From NCBI GenBank assembly GCA_964016885.1, contig OZ024742.1, forward strand, positions 365,118,001-365,182,000: DNA of 64,000 nucleotides. Direction: 5' to 3'. This document shows, piece by piece, positions 41,867 to 56,900 of the stretch (position 1 is its first letter; every line of letters begins with the position of its first letter). The notes under the pieces were generated by a model. The model worked only from the letters and a program-made list of their open reading frames with translations. It searched no databases and was not told the origin of the DNA. The stretch comes from Eledone cirrhosa (Eukaryota). The position numbers and the translations under genes were made by a program.

Positions 41867-41955
41867 AAGTCTGATGAGCTTTTGATTCCAGAGTCAGGCC
41901 CCATCGAGAGAGATCAAACTTTGAGCTGATCAATCGCAAAACGCGCGTCACACTT
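41867..41955 (+). ncRNA. Decayed hammerhead motif
   Basis: AAGT-CTGATGA-GC...GC-AAAA-CGCGCG-TC|ACACTT; G12 replaced by A. Confidence 0.5.
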
Positions 41956-42031
41956 GATACAGATGATACCTCACATGATACAACACTTGAAAAACTTGAT
42001 ACCTCCTTGATATGTATTATTAACATCATAT

Positions 42032-42229
42032 GGTGGTGGATTGGCAGTATCGGTAGAGGGCCGGACGCCATGCTTTGTAACATAGAGTTATGGCCCTTTA
42101 TGATCTGATCTGAGTACAAATCCCGCCGAGGTTAACTTTGCCTTTCATCCATACGGGGTCGATAAAATAAAGTACCAGTAATACACTGAGATAATTGCTG
42201 GCCTTGTGCCAAACGTAGAAACAATTATT
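42032..42229 (+). mobile_element. tRNA-derived SINE, full length (partial copies 43602-43712, 28170-28236, 21198-21240)
   Basis: Colinear with 12772-12965. Confidence 0.85.
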
Positions 42230-42310
42230 GCTATCATACTCTGCTTAGTATAACCACAAAGTACACATATCGAATGCTCAATTTGGTGAACCAATAGTTG
42301 ACGTTACAAT

Positions 42311-42344
<34 letters not shown>

Positions 42345-42912
42345 TAAACCGACGGTAGTCGGTTTAGTAATATTGTTGTCTTAGTGATTTCGTTGGCATA
42401 TATATATATATGAACATAAAAACAGTTTTAGAATATAAATACACGCGCATGTATGTATGTGTGTGTTTGTATGTATATGAATATATATATATATATATAT
42501 GAGTGTGTGTTAGGTGTGTGCGTGTGTGCGCGCGCGTTTTCAATCTATTATGCATATTTGTTCTATGTATATATCGATTCTGTTGAAAACATCGAATATA
42601 GAAACAAATAAATATATATTTATTTTTTTCAGAACTCAGGTTGAATTCACAATGGCCGCTCCGCTGAAACTGTAGACATTTTATCTAGTAATGTTTTTAT
42701 CGTGGAAATATTCACTGTTCTATCATCACATCAGCAAATAGTTATACAATTCAAACGTCTCTCTTATTATTCAACTTGTTGTTTAACTTTTAATAGAATA
42801 TTTTACGTATTTTCATAATTATTCTTTTACCAATACATTTTTTCGCATTATTTACCTATCTATTCTCTATAGAATGCATCGTTTATGTATATATAAATAT
42901 ATATATATATAT

Positions 42913-43201
<289 letters not shown>

Positions 43202-43271
43202 ATATATATATATATATATAATATATATTATATATATACATATAATATATATATATAATATATATTATATG

Positions 43272-43314
<43 letters not shown>

Positions 43315-43481
43315 TTTTTTCGCTCTTTCAACACAGCACAATTTGAAATAGACACGTTTTTCAATAAAATCTCTTATCTACTATATTTACTTTTATCGCG
43401 AAATTTTTGATCGCGAAATTTTTATTTTACTTTTTTAATAAAATTTGAATAATTTAGTTGCATGTTTATTTTTGGTATTTT

Positions 43482-43601
<120 letters not shown>

Positions 43602-43809
43602 TGGGCGGTCGACTCTTAACTTTACGTTTCATCCTTACGGGGTCGATAAAATAAACTACCAGTAATGCACTGGATAATTGCTGGCCTTGTGCCAAAAGTA
43701 GAAACAATTATTATATATATATATGGAGAGAGAGAGAGAAAGAGAGAGAGAGAGTGAGTGAGAGAGAGAGAGATAGAGAAAGAAAGAGAGAGAGAGAGAG
43801 AGAGAGGGG

Positions 43810-43845
<36 letters not shown>

Positions 43846-44148
43846 CAATGTTGCAAAGAATAGACGTACTAACCATAGGAAACACATAATAGAAACAGAA
43901 GTCGCTATCCACCTCAGCAGCCATCCTCTGGTTAATGCACATTCGAGCAAAAGGTTGGGATTAAATAACTGAGCCAGGCTGCATGACGCCTTGTGTAAGC
44001 TGGTAGAATGAATCATGCGATAAACCATACCAACATCGCGACTAATGAAGTAATGGATTGTTTTTCGACTGTGGCAGCAAATCGAGTACATATACGAATA
44101 AAATGGTGTACATCTAGGATTAGGGTAGGACGTGGTGGGGGTGATTTG

Positions 44149-44232
<84 letters not shown>

Positions 44233-44634
44233 CATATATATTTAATATAGAAAAGTCTTCTACAGGACTAGAACTGTTTTATTCGGGAGAAATTATCAGG
44301 AAGCTTGTATTGAGTACCTTACTTACTGTGGTTACATCCGATTGAATCCGGGATGAACTTATAAATATATATATATGTATATATATATATGGTCTTATTC
44401 TCTCTCGTTCACGATTTCACCGAACTTATATTCATGGAAATTTGGGACTTGACTCGTTCTTCCTCACTTTTCGTTGCTTCACTATCTTTGTTTGTTTACA
44501 CTCTCGTGTCCCCTTTATTTACGTGTCCCAACGACTTTCTTTAGCCGTTGCTCGCACCAACCGGAGGTATATGGTCTTTAAAGCGATGAAATACCAATGA
44601 AGGTTGGAAGATCACTGATGAAGGACTAAGTTTA

Positions 44635-44738
<104 letters not shown>

Positions 44739-44744
44739 TGTATG

Positions 44745-44777
<33 letters not shown>

Positions 44778-44811
44778 CCATGTGCACATGCATGCACACA
44801 TATCCATATAG

Positions 44812-44886
<75 letters not shown>

Positions 44887-44887
<1 letters not shown>

Positions 44888-45089
44888 CGGAGGAAATGTG
44901 GTAAGGAACCAGGTGGACCATAACGCACCAAAGTACTCAATACTTAGGGTAGTAGAGTGGGTAATAGGAACGAGTAGGACCCCGACGGCTGAGCTCAAGC
45001 CGTTTCGACGGCTAATTCTGGACTTTTTTTTTTAGTCCAGAATTAGCCGTCTAAACGGCTTGAGCTCAGCCGTCGGAGTCCTACTCGTT

Positions 45090-45091
<2 letters not shown>
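44887..45091 (-). mobile_element. Short palindromic element, family P
   Basis: Palindrome ~44967-45091 with centre TTCTGGACT(T)nAGTCCAGAA; in (TA)n. Confidence 0.9.
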
Positions 45092-45141
<50 letters not shown>

Positions 45142-45994
45142 TACATATTTTAGCAGTAGTATCAACATCACGGGTTCCATAACAGAGGTCTATATAAAGC
45201 TATATAGGCTAAGTTCTTATATAGTGAACATGAAACGATCTGTATTTGTGCCGCCGTTAATCCATTCCATGTATATTTCATACTCGATATGTAGCACAAT
45301 ATATAAATTATGTCGTATTTATGTCTCAATACCGATAGAGGATATATCTCCAGTGACGTTTCAATATCCCAATCCATGTGTTTGATATTCTCACACGATC
45401 TGACAATATCAGAGTTACCAATGTTTATATTGAGATACTTGTAGGTTTCTTTACATAGATATATCCTATATGTCTTCATATAAACCTTTATTACGACACA
45501 CGTGTCACCCACACTATGTAATACTCGCCACTAATGGTCGCAGTTTCTGCAACCCATTTTTCATACGAATAAAAGCATATTATCTAGAGCTTTATGTTTA
45601 GCATTTAAAGCGGCCATATCCGCCAGAGCTCTCTGACCTCTTACTGTTCAAACCGTCCATAACCTACTGCCCATACTGATCTTAAGGTATTGTTCTCAAC
45701 ATAAATAATATCAAAATCTCATAGATTCGATATTATGTGAGATAATTATGTGAAGTAAAGCCTTTTCCATGAAAATATAATATAATATATAGAGTAATGT
45801 AAATGGAAAAAGGTTAAACATCTAGTGAGGAAATGTCACTGACGAGGGGAGGAAATCCTGACCTGATATCTCACATTCTCACATGGCAACTAAGACAGAC
45901 GGGACATGATCACAGCTTGAAATATTCATTCAAAGACTCTTGTATACACATTTACATAATGATATGATATCATATACACGTATTCTATATATGT

Positions 45995-46026
<32 letters not shown>

Positions 46027-46107
46027 CACACACACACACACATATCTATATATATATATATTATGGAATACTCTTGGCTTCTTGCTACACTACTTTCTAT
46101 ACCTTTC

Positions 46108-46514
<407 letters not shown>

Positions 46515-46674
46515 TAAATATAGATGAGATTCTACGGGACTGGAACTCTTTCATTTTTAGAAAGAATGAAACAGTTCTAGTCCTGTAGAATCTCATCTAT
46601 ATTAAAACTCTTATACTCTGCTATGTATTGAGTACCTTACTTACTGTGGTTACCTCCGATTCAACCCGGAATAA

Positions 46675-46719
<45 letters not shown>

Positions 46720-47235
46720 CAACAGGGAGAGAAAGATGATTATGAGGAAGAAAAACATTTTTTTTTTCCTATTTATTTTTCTCTCTCTTTTTTCTGGCTT
46801 AGAAAATGAGTAAAACGAAATATTTTACTTTGTGTGAAGTGTTAAGGTATTAGTTAATTAATTTATTAATTAACAATGGCATTTATTTATTTATTTATAT
46901 ATTTAATAATTGTCTGTTACCGGTTTCAGCATTTTTATGCATAATCAAATGATAATAATATGTATTGGTGTAAAATGGTGGTGTTGTACATGTTAAGAAA
47001 ATGGTGCAGAAAGAATAATCATATTTACAAACAAGGTTTATGAAGTGAAAAGCATCAATTGATTTGCTAATTTTAGAAAAGATGAAAATACCATTTTCTA
47101 AGGTTTTTATAAAAAGTCTTCACTAATCATCACCATCAACATCATTTTTATTATTATTATTGTTGTTGTTGTTAGTGGTAGTTGTCTACATGGTCGTAGG
47201 CGTAATCATAGTAGGGGTAATACCCCTAAGCATTA

Positions 47236-48115
47236 TTATTGTTCATTTAGCTTCGGTTGGAATTTATCAATAAAATTATTTTCTTTAATTTTTCTCTTGA
47301 TTTCACTTGGGCTGTGTAATTTGTAGAATGGAAATATTATAAATATTTTCTGACCACATGTTGCTAGATGGTTACTCAGGGGTATCTGACGGACATTTGG
47401 GTCTCTGATTTGCTGTCGGTGTACCCGTGCACGTTCTGATAGTGCATTTCCAGTTTGACGAACATATAGTTCTTCACAATTCGGCATTTAATGCAGTAAA
47501 TTAGATTTCTGCTTTTGCAGTTCATATTTGCATTTAGGAATATTTTTCCAGTTTTTGTGTTCCTATATTGACCAACATGTATGGATTGACATGTGTCATA
47601 TCGACTATCATTGCATTTAGATACAGTGCATGATTGGTCTTCGTTGTTAAGGTCAAACTTTGCTTTTGTTAGTAATTGCTTCAAATTTTTCGGCTGCCTT
47701 TTACTAAGAGTCAAAGATCGGTCTGTGATTAAAACTTTTAATTCATTACTTTGAGCAATGATCGGTAGGTTTGCTTTGGCAGTGTTGAAGATATTCTGGT
47801 GACATGGGTTCTGTGTCATTATAAATGGTATGACCAGTTCTTGGTTTCTTCTTCCTTGGGTTGTCCTAAGTTGTTGTATAGGTATTTTATAGCCCGCTGT
47901 ATGCCATTTTCTATAAGTAGAGATGGGTATTTTTGTTTGAGCAAAAATTCTCTTAGTTCTGTTAGGGGTTTGTTCCTGGTATTCGTATCTTCTACAATGG
48001 TACAAATTCTTCTGGCTAGGCAGTATGGGATGTTGCGTTTTGTATGAGTTGGATGCACGACTTAAAATTCAGATATTGATGGATGTCTGTGTGTTTATAA
48101 TATATATCCGTGGTA
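47236..48115 (-). pseudogene. PLE 3' fragment (thumb + GIY-YIG), same family as 8005-9402
   Basis: Reverse complement matches ~8499-9340; frameshifts. Confidence 0.9.
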
Positions 48116-49775
48116 GGAAATAGAAAAACAATCTACAGACGGAAAACTTATAACTGAACATATAAACTCTGAAATTAAGAATTTAGCTGAAATTATACTA
48201 ACAATTATCAAAGATACAAGAGAAAGCCTACCACAACCCCCTTGGATGTCAGAACTAAACGAAAGAAATTTGGAAAACAAAACCCATCGAAAAAGAAAAG
48301 AAATGTGGAAAACATGGAACACATCTCTTAACATCAGAAAACAAAACCTCTGGAAAGCATACAAATGCCAAAATATGTCGAAACACATTCGAAATAGCTC
48401 TCTCTAACGGCACCCATACTCTCTCGTAAATACCTAATTACAGAAAATGCAAGAGAACCAGAAGAAGAAAAAAAAACTCCGATGGGAACTTACATTGACA
48501 AAATTCAGGACCGACATCTCCATTACACAATGTAAACAATCTCGCTACAAAGCCAAATACGAAGCTATTGATGACCAAACTGAAGTCGAAATTTCAAAGC
48601 TAATGACTGGTAATATAGCTGAAAAACTACGAGAACTATGGATCAGAGGTATCTCAAAAGAAGAACGCAAATCAAGAAAGTTATGGCGGCAACAGAAACA
48701 ATTATTTCTCGACGAATATGCTGCAAATTACGGTAAAGACTCTGGAACTTTGAGAAAAAGCATTAAAAGTGGACAATCTCGCCAACACAACATACGCCAG
48801 AACACGTGGCAACACAAACACTTACATTACCTTGAATCAAAGACGACTACGGTAAGAACTCTTCGCTTTTTCTACAAAAACACCATAACGCACGCAACAT
48901 GAACAAAAAGCACAAACACGATAGATATTTGACCAGACCATGAGAAGTAGAAAAACCAGGAGATCATTCTCAAGATCTCAACAGAGACTACCCACAAGGA
49001 ACGGGGACAAATACTGTAGAATAACCAGATCACTCTCAAGATCTCAACAGGGATTACCCACAAGAAACTGGGCGAAAAAACGATCTAAACCTGAAAGCAA
49101 ACCTAGGTCATTTCCCCAGATTGTTAAAAATAATGCTAACAAGAAATGGAAAAATAATATACATAATACCAAAAATAGGACAAAAAACATAACGAAACCA
49201 AATATAATATCACGACCAAAAGTTCATCAAGCGAACACCAACAGGAATATAAATCCTGAGCAGAGAAAAATCCATTTTTTAACGTCAGGACAACAAAAAC
49301 CGGAAAAAGAAAAACTGCAGGAGGAAACATACCCAAAACAACTGTACACGTAGATCCTAAAATAATTATTTTATCTAAAAGAGATCTTGACAATGATGAA
49401 ATGCAAATTCTGTCAAAAGGACTGAAATTCACACCGACTCCAACCGTCAACCACCAAGAACTGAAGGAGGATACCCAAGAATTCTGTCGAAAATAACAAC
49501 TTGTAGAATTCTTCGCTGATAAAAGTAATGAGTGATGAATCACTAGTAAAGAATAAATCAAATTTCACTCCGCCAAAAGGAAGAAATATCTATCTCGACC
49601 AATACATTGACATCCTGTCTAAATTTCCTCTTAGACGTAATACTAATGTTAGGACACACATTAACAAATCAGAAATGTCTGCACTTAAACGTATAGAAAA
49701 TGATAAAACAATAATGATTAAAGAAGCAGATAAAGGGGGTGCAGTTGTTATGATGGATGCTGAATACTACAAAGA
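48116..49775 (+). pseudogene. PLE N-terminal region up to the start of RT, decayed
   Basis: LSKRDL..EMQILSKGLKFTPTP, KSNFTPPKGRN..LD.YI, IMIKEADKGGAVVMMD. Confidence 0.8.
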
Positions 49776-51956
49776 TTGCAAACCGATCGACTTGTCCCGG
49801 TTCAGCTTAGCCCCTGTGAACCTTTCGTACTCCTCCAGTAAGGTGCCGACCGCCTCGATTTCGGAGGCCGTCGACACAATTACTGTCACGTCATCGGCGT
49901 AGGCCGACACCGCTTTCCGCAATCCCGGTTCCAAAGGGATGCCCTGCAACAACTCCAACTTCCGCAGTAGTGGCTCGAGAGTCAACACATACAGAAGGGA
50001 GGAGAGAGGGCCCCCTTGTCGGATGGACCGCGCGATTTTGAACGGCTCCGAGAGGTAGCCGTTCACCTTGACCCTAGAGCAGATGCGGCTGCTGTGCATA
50101 AAAGTGATCCAGCCCCTGAAAACGGGTCCGAAGCCTGCCGCCGCTAGCACCGCATCCAGGTAACCATGGTCGACCCTATCGAGCGCCTTAGATTGATCCA
50201 AGTTGATCAGAGCCCCACCAAAGCCGGGTTCGTTCCCAACCCTCTCTATGATGTATCGCATGAGGTGGAGGTTGTCATGGATGGACCTGGACGGGATAGC
50301 GCATGTCTGCGCATCTCCCACCAGGTTGCCCACGACAAGCGCCAACCTCTTTGCTAGCACCTTGGCCAAAATCTGTAACTCTGTATTTAACAGAGTTATG
50401 GGCCTGAAGTTACTTATTTTGTCCCCCTTGTTCTCGTCCTTCCTCACTAGCGTGACTACGCCCTTGGTCACAGTACAGGGAATTCTCCCGTTCTGTTGCC
50501 AGTTGCAGTAGACCGCCTCGAGGAGATCGGGGAACAAGTCCGGCATAGCTAGATATAATTCGTAAGGAAGACCATCGAGACCCGGGGATTTGCGTTTGCC
50601 GCATTGGCTCAGCACGTCCTCTATCTCAGCGGCCGAAATCGGCTCCTCGCAGGACTTCGCCTCCCTGTCCGAGAGACGCAGCAGGCCGTCGAGGTATGGA
50701 CCGAAGTCCACGTTCCCAACCGGCTCCCCGCCCCTCCCGAACAGTCGGGCAAAGTGCCTTTGAAAGGCCTCACACATCTGCTTAGGCTCAAGAATCGCCC
50801 CTCCATCCAGGTCTCGCAAAGACCGGATGGTGGATTTAGTTCCACTGTTGGCTTCTGTCACGCGGGCCCAGCTAACAGCTTTGGTCCCCTCGTTCCCTAG
50901 AGCACGTATTTTACTTCGGACAACGCAGCCTTCGTGCTTCGCGTCGAAAAACTGGCTCAAAGCCGTTCTCGACGCTAGCACTCTGGCTACGTCGCCGCTT
51001 CTAATTGCCTCTTCTACTCTATCTATTAGCTCCCTTTCCTTCCTATTCCTATCCGCAGCTAGAACATTACTAAATTCTATCGAGACTACTCTTATCTCTC
51101 TCTTTAGAGATACCCACCACCTGCTGTTGACGATCGCTCCAGTCAACCGTTCCTTAACTAACGTACTAATCCGATCCCTGTAAGCTCTACTTGCCGGCAA
51201 GGACAAGTTGAGCTTCCAGTAAGCGGGGCCCTGTCTATGCGTTCTATCAAGGTTGACCATGCAGGTCACCAACTTGTGGTCTGAATAGCCAACCATGAGC
51301 ATTTCTGGACAACTTAAAAAGTCCCTGTCCTTATTTCTAACTAAAAATCTATCTAGGTACGACCTAGATGATCCGCTGCGATTTGACCAAGACCAGGTTG
51401 GCACCGTCGGAAAATCTAGTCGAAATCTATAGGCCAGGTCAAATCGGCCGAGTAACCCCTTGAGGCTGTTGCACCCCTCTCTATCGGGACATGCCCCTGC
51501 ATAGTCCCAACGTGCATCCAGGATACCATTCCAATCCCCCACTAAAAGCAGGGAACGGGACGTCCCTAGAAAAGACTCCAGACGCTGGAAAAAGTCGGGC
51601 CGCTCTGTCCCAAAAGGGGCATATGCGGCTACCAGCCTAAAGGCTCTACCTTCACCACTGCCAAGGTCCAGCACCACCAGTCGACCCCCTGGGTCCAAGT
51701 GAACTATCTGTGTTGCGAGACCCAGATGTTTTTGCAGCAGAACGACAACCCTACCCCCACCTCCGGGCTGACAGAGAGATGCGTGCATCTCAAAGTCGTC
51801 AAAGGTGGGGGCTAGCTGCCGCATGTTGCTGATCCGGGCCTCGCAGATAACCATCACATTTATAGATTGTGACCTGAGGTCATTTAGAAGCATTGCTTGC
51901 TTCCAAGACGAGCCCAGGCCACGCGCATTTAGACACCCTACTCTTAGCACAGCCAT
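49776..51956 (-). pseudogene. Tx1/L1-clade LINE ORF2 (APE endonuclease + RT), open but cut off after the RT core
   Basis: CLNARGL, AAYAP, GDWN, SYLDRFL, SDHKLV, YWKLN, KSPGLDGLPYE, NFRPITLLN, LDQSKALDRV, RQGGPLS, AYADD. Confidence 0.92.
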
Positions 51957-52188
51957 GTTGGTGGTAAAGAGAAAAGGCACTTACCTCTCTGCGTCCCGGG
52001 AAACGGGCCGCTCAATTTCCATGCTGGTTGGGGAAGTTGATAGAAGTATTCCCACTGAAGTATAATCCTATTATATCCTCTCTATATATATTTCACCAGT
52101 GCTCAGAAAACTAATATATATATTTTTTAAATTTTGCATTCGATATTTTGAATAAACGTTTATGTTATCTATGAGTGTTTGTATGTAT

Positions 52189-52259
<71 letters not shown>

Positions 52260-52471
52260 TGTGTGCGCGTCCGCGTGTGTGTGGATGTGTGTATGTATAT
52301 ATGTATGTATCTGACAGCAGTCGCAACCGGTAGGTGGTATCAGCAATGGAAAGACCTACGGAAACATTGTTTCCTTGGTTCGATTTGACGCCCCCCCCCC
52401 CACCACACAGACTCTTGGTAAGGAAATAAAATCAATCGACTCGAGCTTTCGATGCATGTATGTATGAATAT

Positions 52472-52533
<62 letters not shown>

Positions 52534-52949
52534 CGTGTCTGTGTGCGTGTGTGTGCGTGTCCGTGTGATTGTAGGTAGGTAGGTAAGAGAATTATATATG
52601 TGTATATATATATATACTTTTATATTACCCGTAAATATGACTGGTGAATAATAAACTATAATCAATTTGATAATCCCTTGACTGCACCATTCGATGTCAA
52701 GATGATTTAATCCTCGAGTTTCCCTAACTTTCCCCTTCTTGTCAATTTCGTTATCAAGGAATTTCGTTTTACATTCAATTATATAATTAATTTTCTAGCA
52801 TATTTTCTTTAAACCTTATCAAATAAATATGTTATGATGAGTCTGGTGAAGTTATATGTTGGGACTGTCACTTGCCACAGCTGTGTTGGTGGTGGTGTGT
52901 TGTAATAAATAGCTACTTAGGTATCTATAGAATAACAAGAAGATTGATA

Positions 52950-53963
52950 GGGTGGTTGGTAGGTAGGTAGGTAGATTGGTAGGTAGGGAGGTAGGAATGT
53001 AGGTAGATTGGTGGGTAGGTAGGTAGGTAGGTAGGTAGGTAGGTAGGTAGGTAGGTAGGTAGGTAGGGAGGGAGGTAGGTAGGTAGCTCGGTAGGTAGGT
53101 AGGTAGGTAGGTAGGTAGGTAGGTAGGTAGGTAGGGAGGGAGGTAGGGCGGTAGGAATGTAGGTAGGTAGGTAGATTGGTATGTAGGTAGGTTAGTAGGT
53201 AGGTAGGTAGGAACTTAGGTAGGTAGGTAGATTGATAGGTAGGTAGGTAGGTAGGTAGGTAGGTAGACAGGTGGGTAGGTAGGTAGGTAGGTAGGTAGGT
53301 AGGTAGGTAGGTAGGTAGGTAGGTAGGTAGCTAGGTAGATTGGTAGGTAGGTAGGTAGGTAGGTAGGTAGGTAGGTAGGTAGGTATGTATGTAGGTAGGT
53401 AGGTAGGTAGATTGGTAGGTAGTGAGGTAGGAAGGTAGGTAGATTGGTGTGTAGATAGGTAGGTAGATTGGTAGGTAGGTAGGTAGGTAGGTAGGTAGGT
53501 AGGTAGGTAGGTAGGTAGGTAGGTAGGTAGGTAGATTGGTAGGTAGGGAGGTAGGAGGGTAGGTAGATTGGTGTGTAGGTAGGTAGGTAGATTGGTAGGT
53601 AGGGAGGTAGGAAGGTAGGTAGATTGGTGTGTAGGTAGGTAGGTAGATTGGTAGGTAGGTAGGTAGGTAGATAGGTAGGTATGTAGAAAGGTAGGTAGGT
53701 AGGTATATAGGTAGGTAGGTAGATTGGTATGTAGGTAGGTTAGTAGGTAGGTAGGTAGGAACTTAGGTAGGTAGGTAGATTGATAGGTAGGTAGGTAGGT
53801 AGGTAGGTAGGTAGGTAGGTAGACAGGTGGGTAGGTAGGTAGGTAGGTAGGTAGGTAGGTAGGTAGGTAGGTAGGTAGGTAGCTAGGTAGATTGGTAGGT
53901 AGGTAGGTAGGTAGGTAGGTAGGTAGGTAGATTGGTAGGTAGGATGGTAGGTAGGTAGGTAGA
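52950..53963. repeat. (GGTA)n microsatellite array, ~1 kb
   Basis: Tetranucleotide array with variant units and a ~548-bp internal duplication. Confidence 0.97.
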
Positions 53964-56900
53964 TACATTTTTTTATTAGCCTCAAGGGCACAAAAGAAGG
54001 GGACAAATACAAATGGGGAGTTTACATACAGGTATATGAAAATAAAACTATTAATACAATAACAAATAACAATTGAAATACCCAATAGGGGGGAGGTGTT
54101 ACACAGGGGTTGTACACACTCCGAAAAAATGTACAACCCTCATCTCCAGGAGCAACAATAGTGGATACTCCCTTCCTCTCTTACTCTTTTTCCTCAACCT
54201 ACAGGCTTATATAGAGAGAAGGCCCAAACACTCGGGCCATCTTTACCACATTCACCCACCTTTTATAAAACTTGCTGGGGTACAGCACCTCTCTCTCCAT
54301 CCTGATTCTTCTTCCAAAATGATATTTGAAAAAACGAATCAGTTGCTCGCCGGAGAGAAAGGTGTCTGACCTTAGCCCTTTTAACCTCGTCAACCATATA
54401 ACCTCTTTCTCCATAGCCATAACACATAGGAAAACCGTCTCTCCTTCGTTTTTGAAGGAGGGTGGCGGTTTGATCATGACAATGGACTCGGCGGTCAACT
54501 GGATTGGTCCCACCCGCGACAATAGTCGTTCTACATAGACCCACAGGTCGGTAACGCCCGGGCAGTGTACAAATGCGTGCGCGACAGTTGCCTCTTCACA
54601 CACGCATCTCGAACAGATCTTTTTCGAAGGGTCTCTGCCCGGGCGCCCGTGTCTGTAGAGCTTGTCTCGAACTCGTAGAGCTCCTCGGTAGCACTGCCAG
54701 GCCAGGGACATTTGGAAGTTGTCCATTGGTCCCGGGCGGAAGGTCCTACCGAACAGACTGGACAGTTCGTCCTCCTCTACGCCCAGAGTTTCTCCGAGCG
54801 CGTCGTCGCACTTGCTGCGGACCAACCCTCTATAGAATGTCGAAGTGGAATCTCCACTGATCGCCAGGTCCGTTTGCCAGAGGACTGTGAGCGCCTGAGC
54901 ACATTTGATGTGCCAGTCGCCCATTTTCCTCGGTCTTTGCTTGACCCAGGACTGCAGCTCGGTCAGCGAGACGAGTCGTGGGAAGGCTAGCCTCACGAAC
55001 GGGGCCCACACTGGTTGTCCGGTGAGTCATACGTGGAGGTGACGCAGACTGAGCGCGTGTTTGCGCATCGTCAGCCATGGTATCCCCAGCCCTTCGTTTG
55101 AAGGGTTGTGGCAGCAGATGGATCTTCTCACCAAAGGAGCCCGTTTCTTCCAAAGGAATTGGAAGAGCGCGCGCTCCATTTTGGTGAGCGTTTGGGTTGG
55201 ACAGCGCACAAAAGGCCAAGCGGTAGTAGATGACGGACGCTATAAAAGTGTTCGCACACCTCTGCTCGACCTTTCAAGGATAATTTTGTACTCTGCCCAC
55301 TTCTGGGTGAGCGCAAACACCTTGGCCGTCACCTCGTTCTAGTTCTTCTCCACCTGGAGGTCCGGACCAAACCAGACCAGAGCAGCTTTACCGGTCCTTC
55401 CGTCCATCGTCCGACGATGCCATCGGAAGGCATCGGTTTTCCTCCCCACGTTCCGAGTTGCAAACCAACCGATTTGTCCCGGTTTAGCTTCGCTCCTGTG
55501 AACCTTTCGTATTCCTTCAGTAAGGTGTCGACCTCCCCGATTTCCGAGGTGCTCTACACAATTACTGTGACGTCGTCGGCGTAGGCCGACGCCGCTTTTC
55601 GCAGTCCTAGTTCCAAAGGGATGCCCTGCAATAGCTCCAACTTCTGCAGTAGTGACTCGAGAGTCAGTACGTACAGAAGGGAGAAGAGAGGGTATCCCTG
55701 TTGCATGGATCGCGTGATATGGAACGGCTCCGAGAGGTAGCCGTTCAACCTTGACCCTTGAGCAGATGTTGCTGCTGTGCATTGCAGCAATCCAGCCGTT
55801 GAACACGGGTCCGAAGCCTGCCGCCTCGAGCACCACATCCAGGTAACGATGGTCAACGCTATCGAAAGCCTTAGACTGATCCAAGTTGATCTGGGCCCCA
55901 CCGAAGCCGGGTTTACACCCTACACTCTCTATGATGTATCGCATGAGGTGGAGGTTGTCGTGTATGGACGCGGACGGGATTGCGCATGTCTGCGCTTCTC
56001 CAACCAGGTTTTAGACGACAAGCGCCAGTGCCAACACCTTGGCCAAAATCTGTAATTCTGTGTTTAGCAGAGTTATCGGCCGGAAGTTGCCTATGCCATC
56101 CCCCTTATTCTCGTCCTTCCTGACTAACGTGACTACGCCTTTGGTCACAGAACTGGGAATTCTCCCGTTCTGCTGCCAGTTGCAGTAGACAGATTCCAGA
56201 GAACAAGTCCGGCATTGCTACGTAAAGTTCGAGACCTGGAGATTTGCGTTTGCCGCATTGGCTCAGCGCGTCCCTTATCTCAGCCGTTGAAATCGGCTTT
56301 TCGCAGAACTTCGCCTCGCTGTCCGAGAGTCGCGGCAGGCCGTCGAGGTATGGACCGAAATCCATAGCTCCTCCCGGCGAGCTGCCCTACCCGGACAGTT
56401 GAGAAATGTGCCGCTAAAATGCCGCGCATATCTGCTTCGGCTCACGTATCACGCGTCCGTCTTGGTCCTTCAAAGACCGATCGTGGATTTGTTGCCACTT
56501 TTACGCCTCCGTCACTCGGGCCCAGCTAACAGCTTTGGCTCCTTCGTTTCCCAGAGCACGTATTTTGCTCCTGACAACGCAGCCTTCATGCTTTGCGTCG
56601 AAGAACTGGTCCAAGGCCGTTCTCGAAGCTAGCACGCTGGCTACGTTTCCACTCCTAAGTGCCTCTTCTACTTTATCTACTAGTTCCTTTTCGGTCTTAT
56701 TTCTCTCTAACACTAATTCTTTACTAAAACCTATCGAGTCTAATCTAACTGCCCTCTTGAGAGAGTACCACCATCTGTAGTTGACAAAGGCCCCCGTCAA
56801 ATGGTGCTTAACTAAAGTGCTAATCCGTCTACTGTAGACTTTGCATGTCGGTAACGACAAGTTCAGCTTCCAGTAGCTGGGTCCCTGTCTATGAGTTCTG

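Noticed and set aside
45835-45862. GTCA-CTGACGA...TGAC as a hammerhead (also CTGATGA at 44615 and 26283-, CCGAAGA at ~57799)
   Set aside because: GAAA-stem III-UH half or stem I is missing; at most decayed remnants, not counted
50166-52065. Plus-strand ORFs over the Tx1 elements, and antisense ORFs over PLE, CR1 and RTE
   Set aside because: Shadow ORFs of retroelement coding strands
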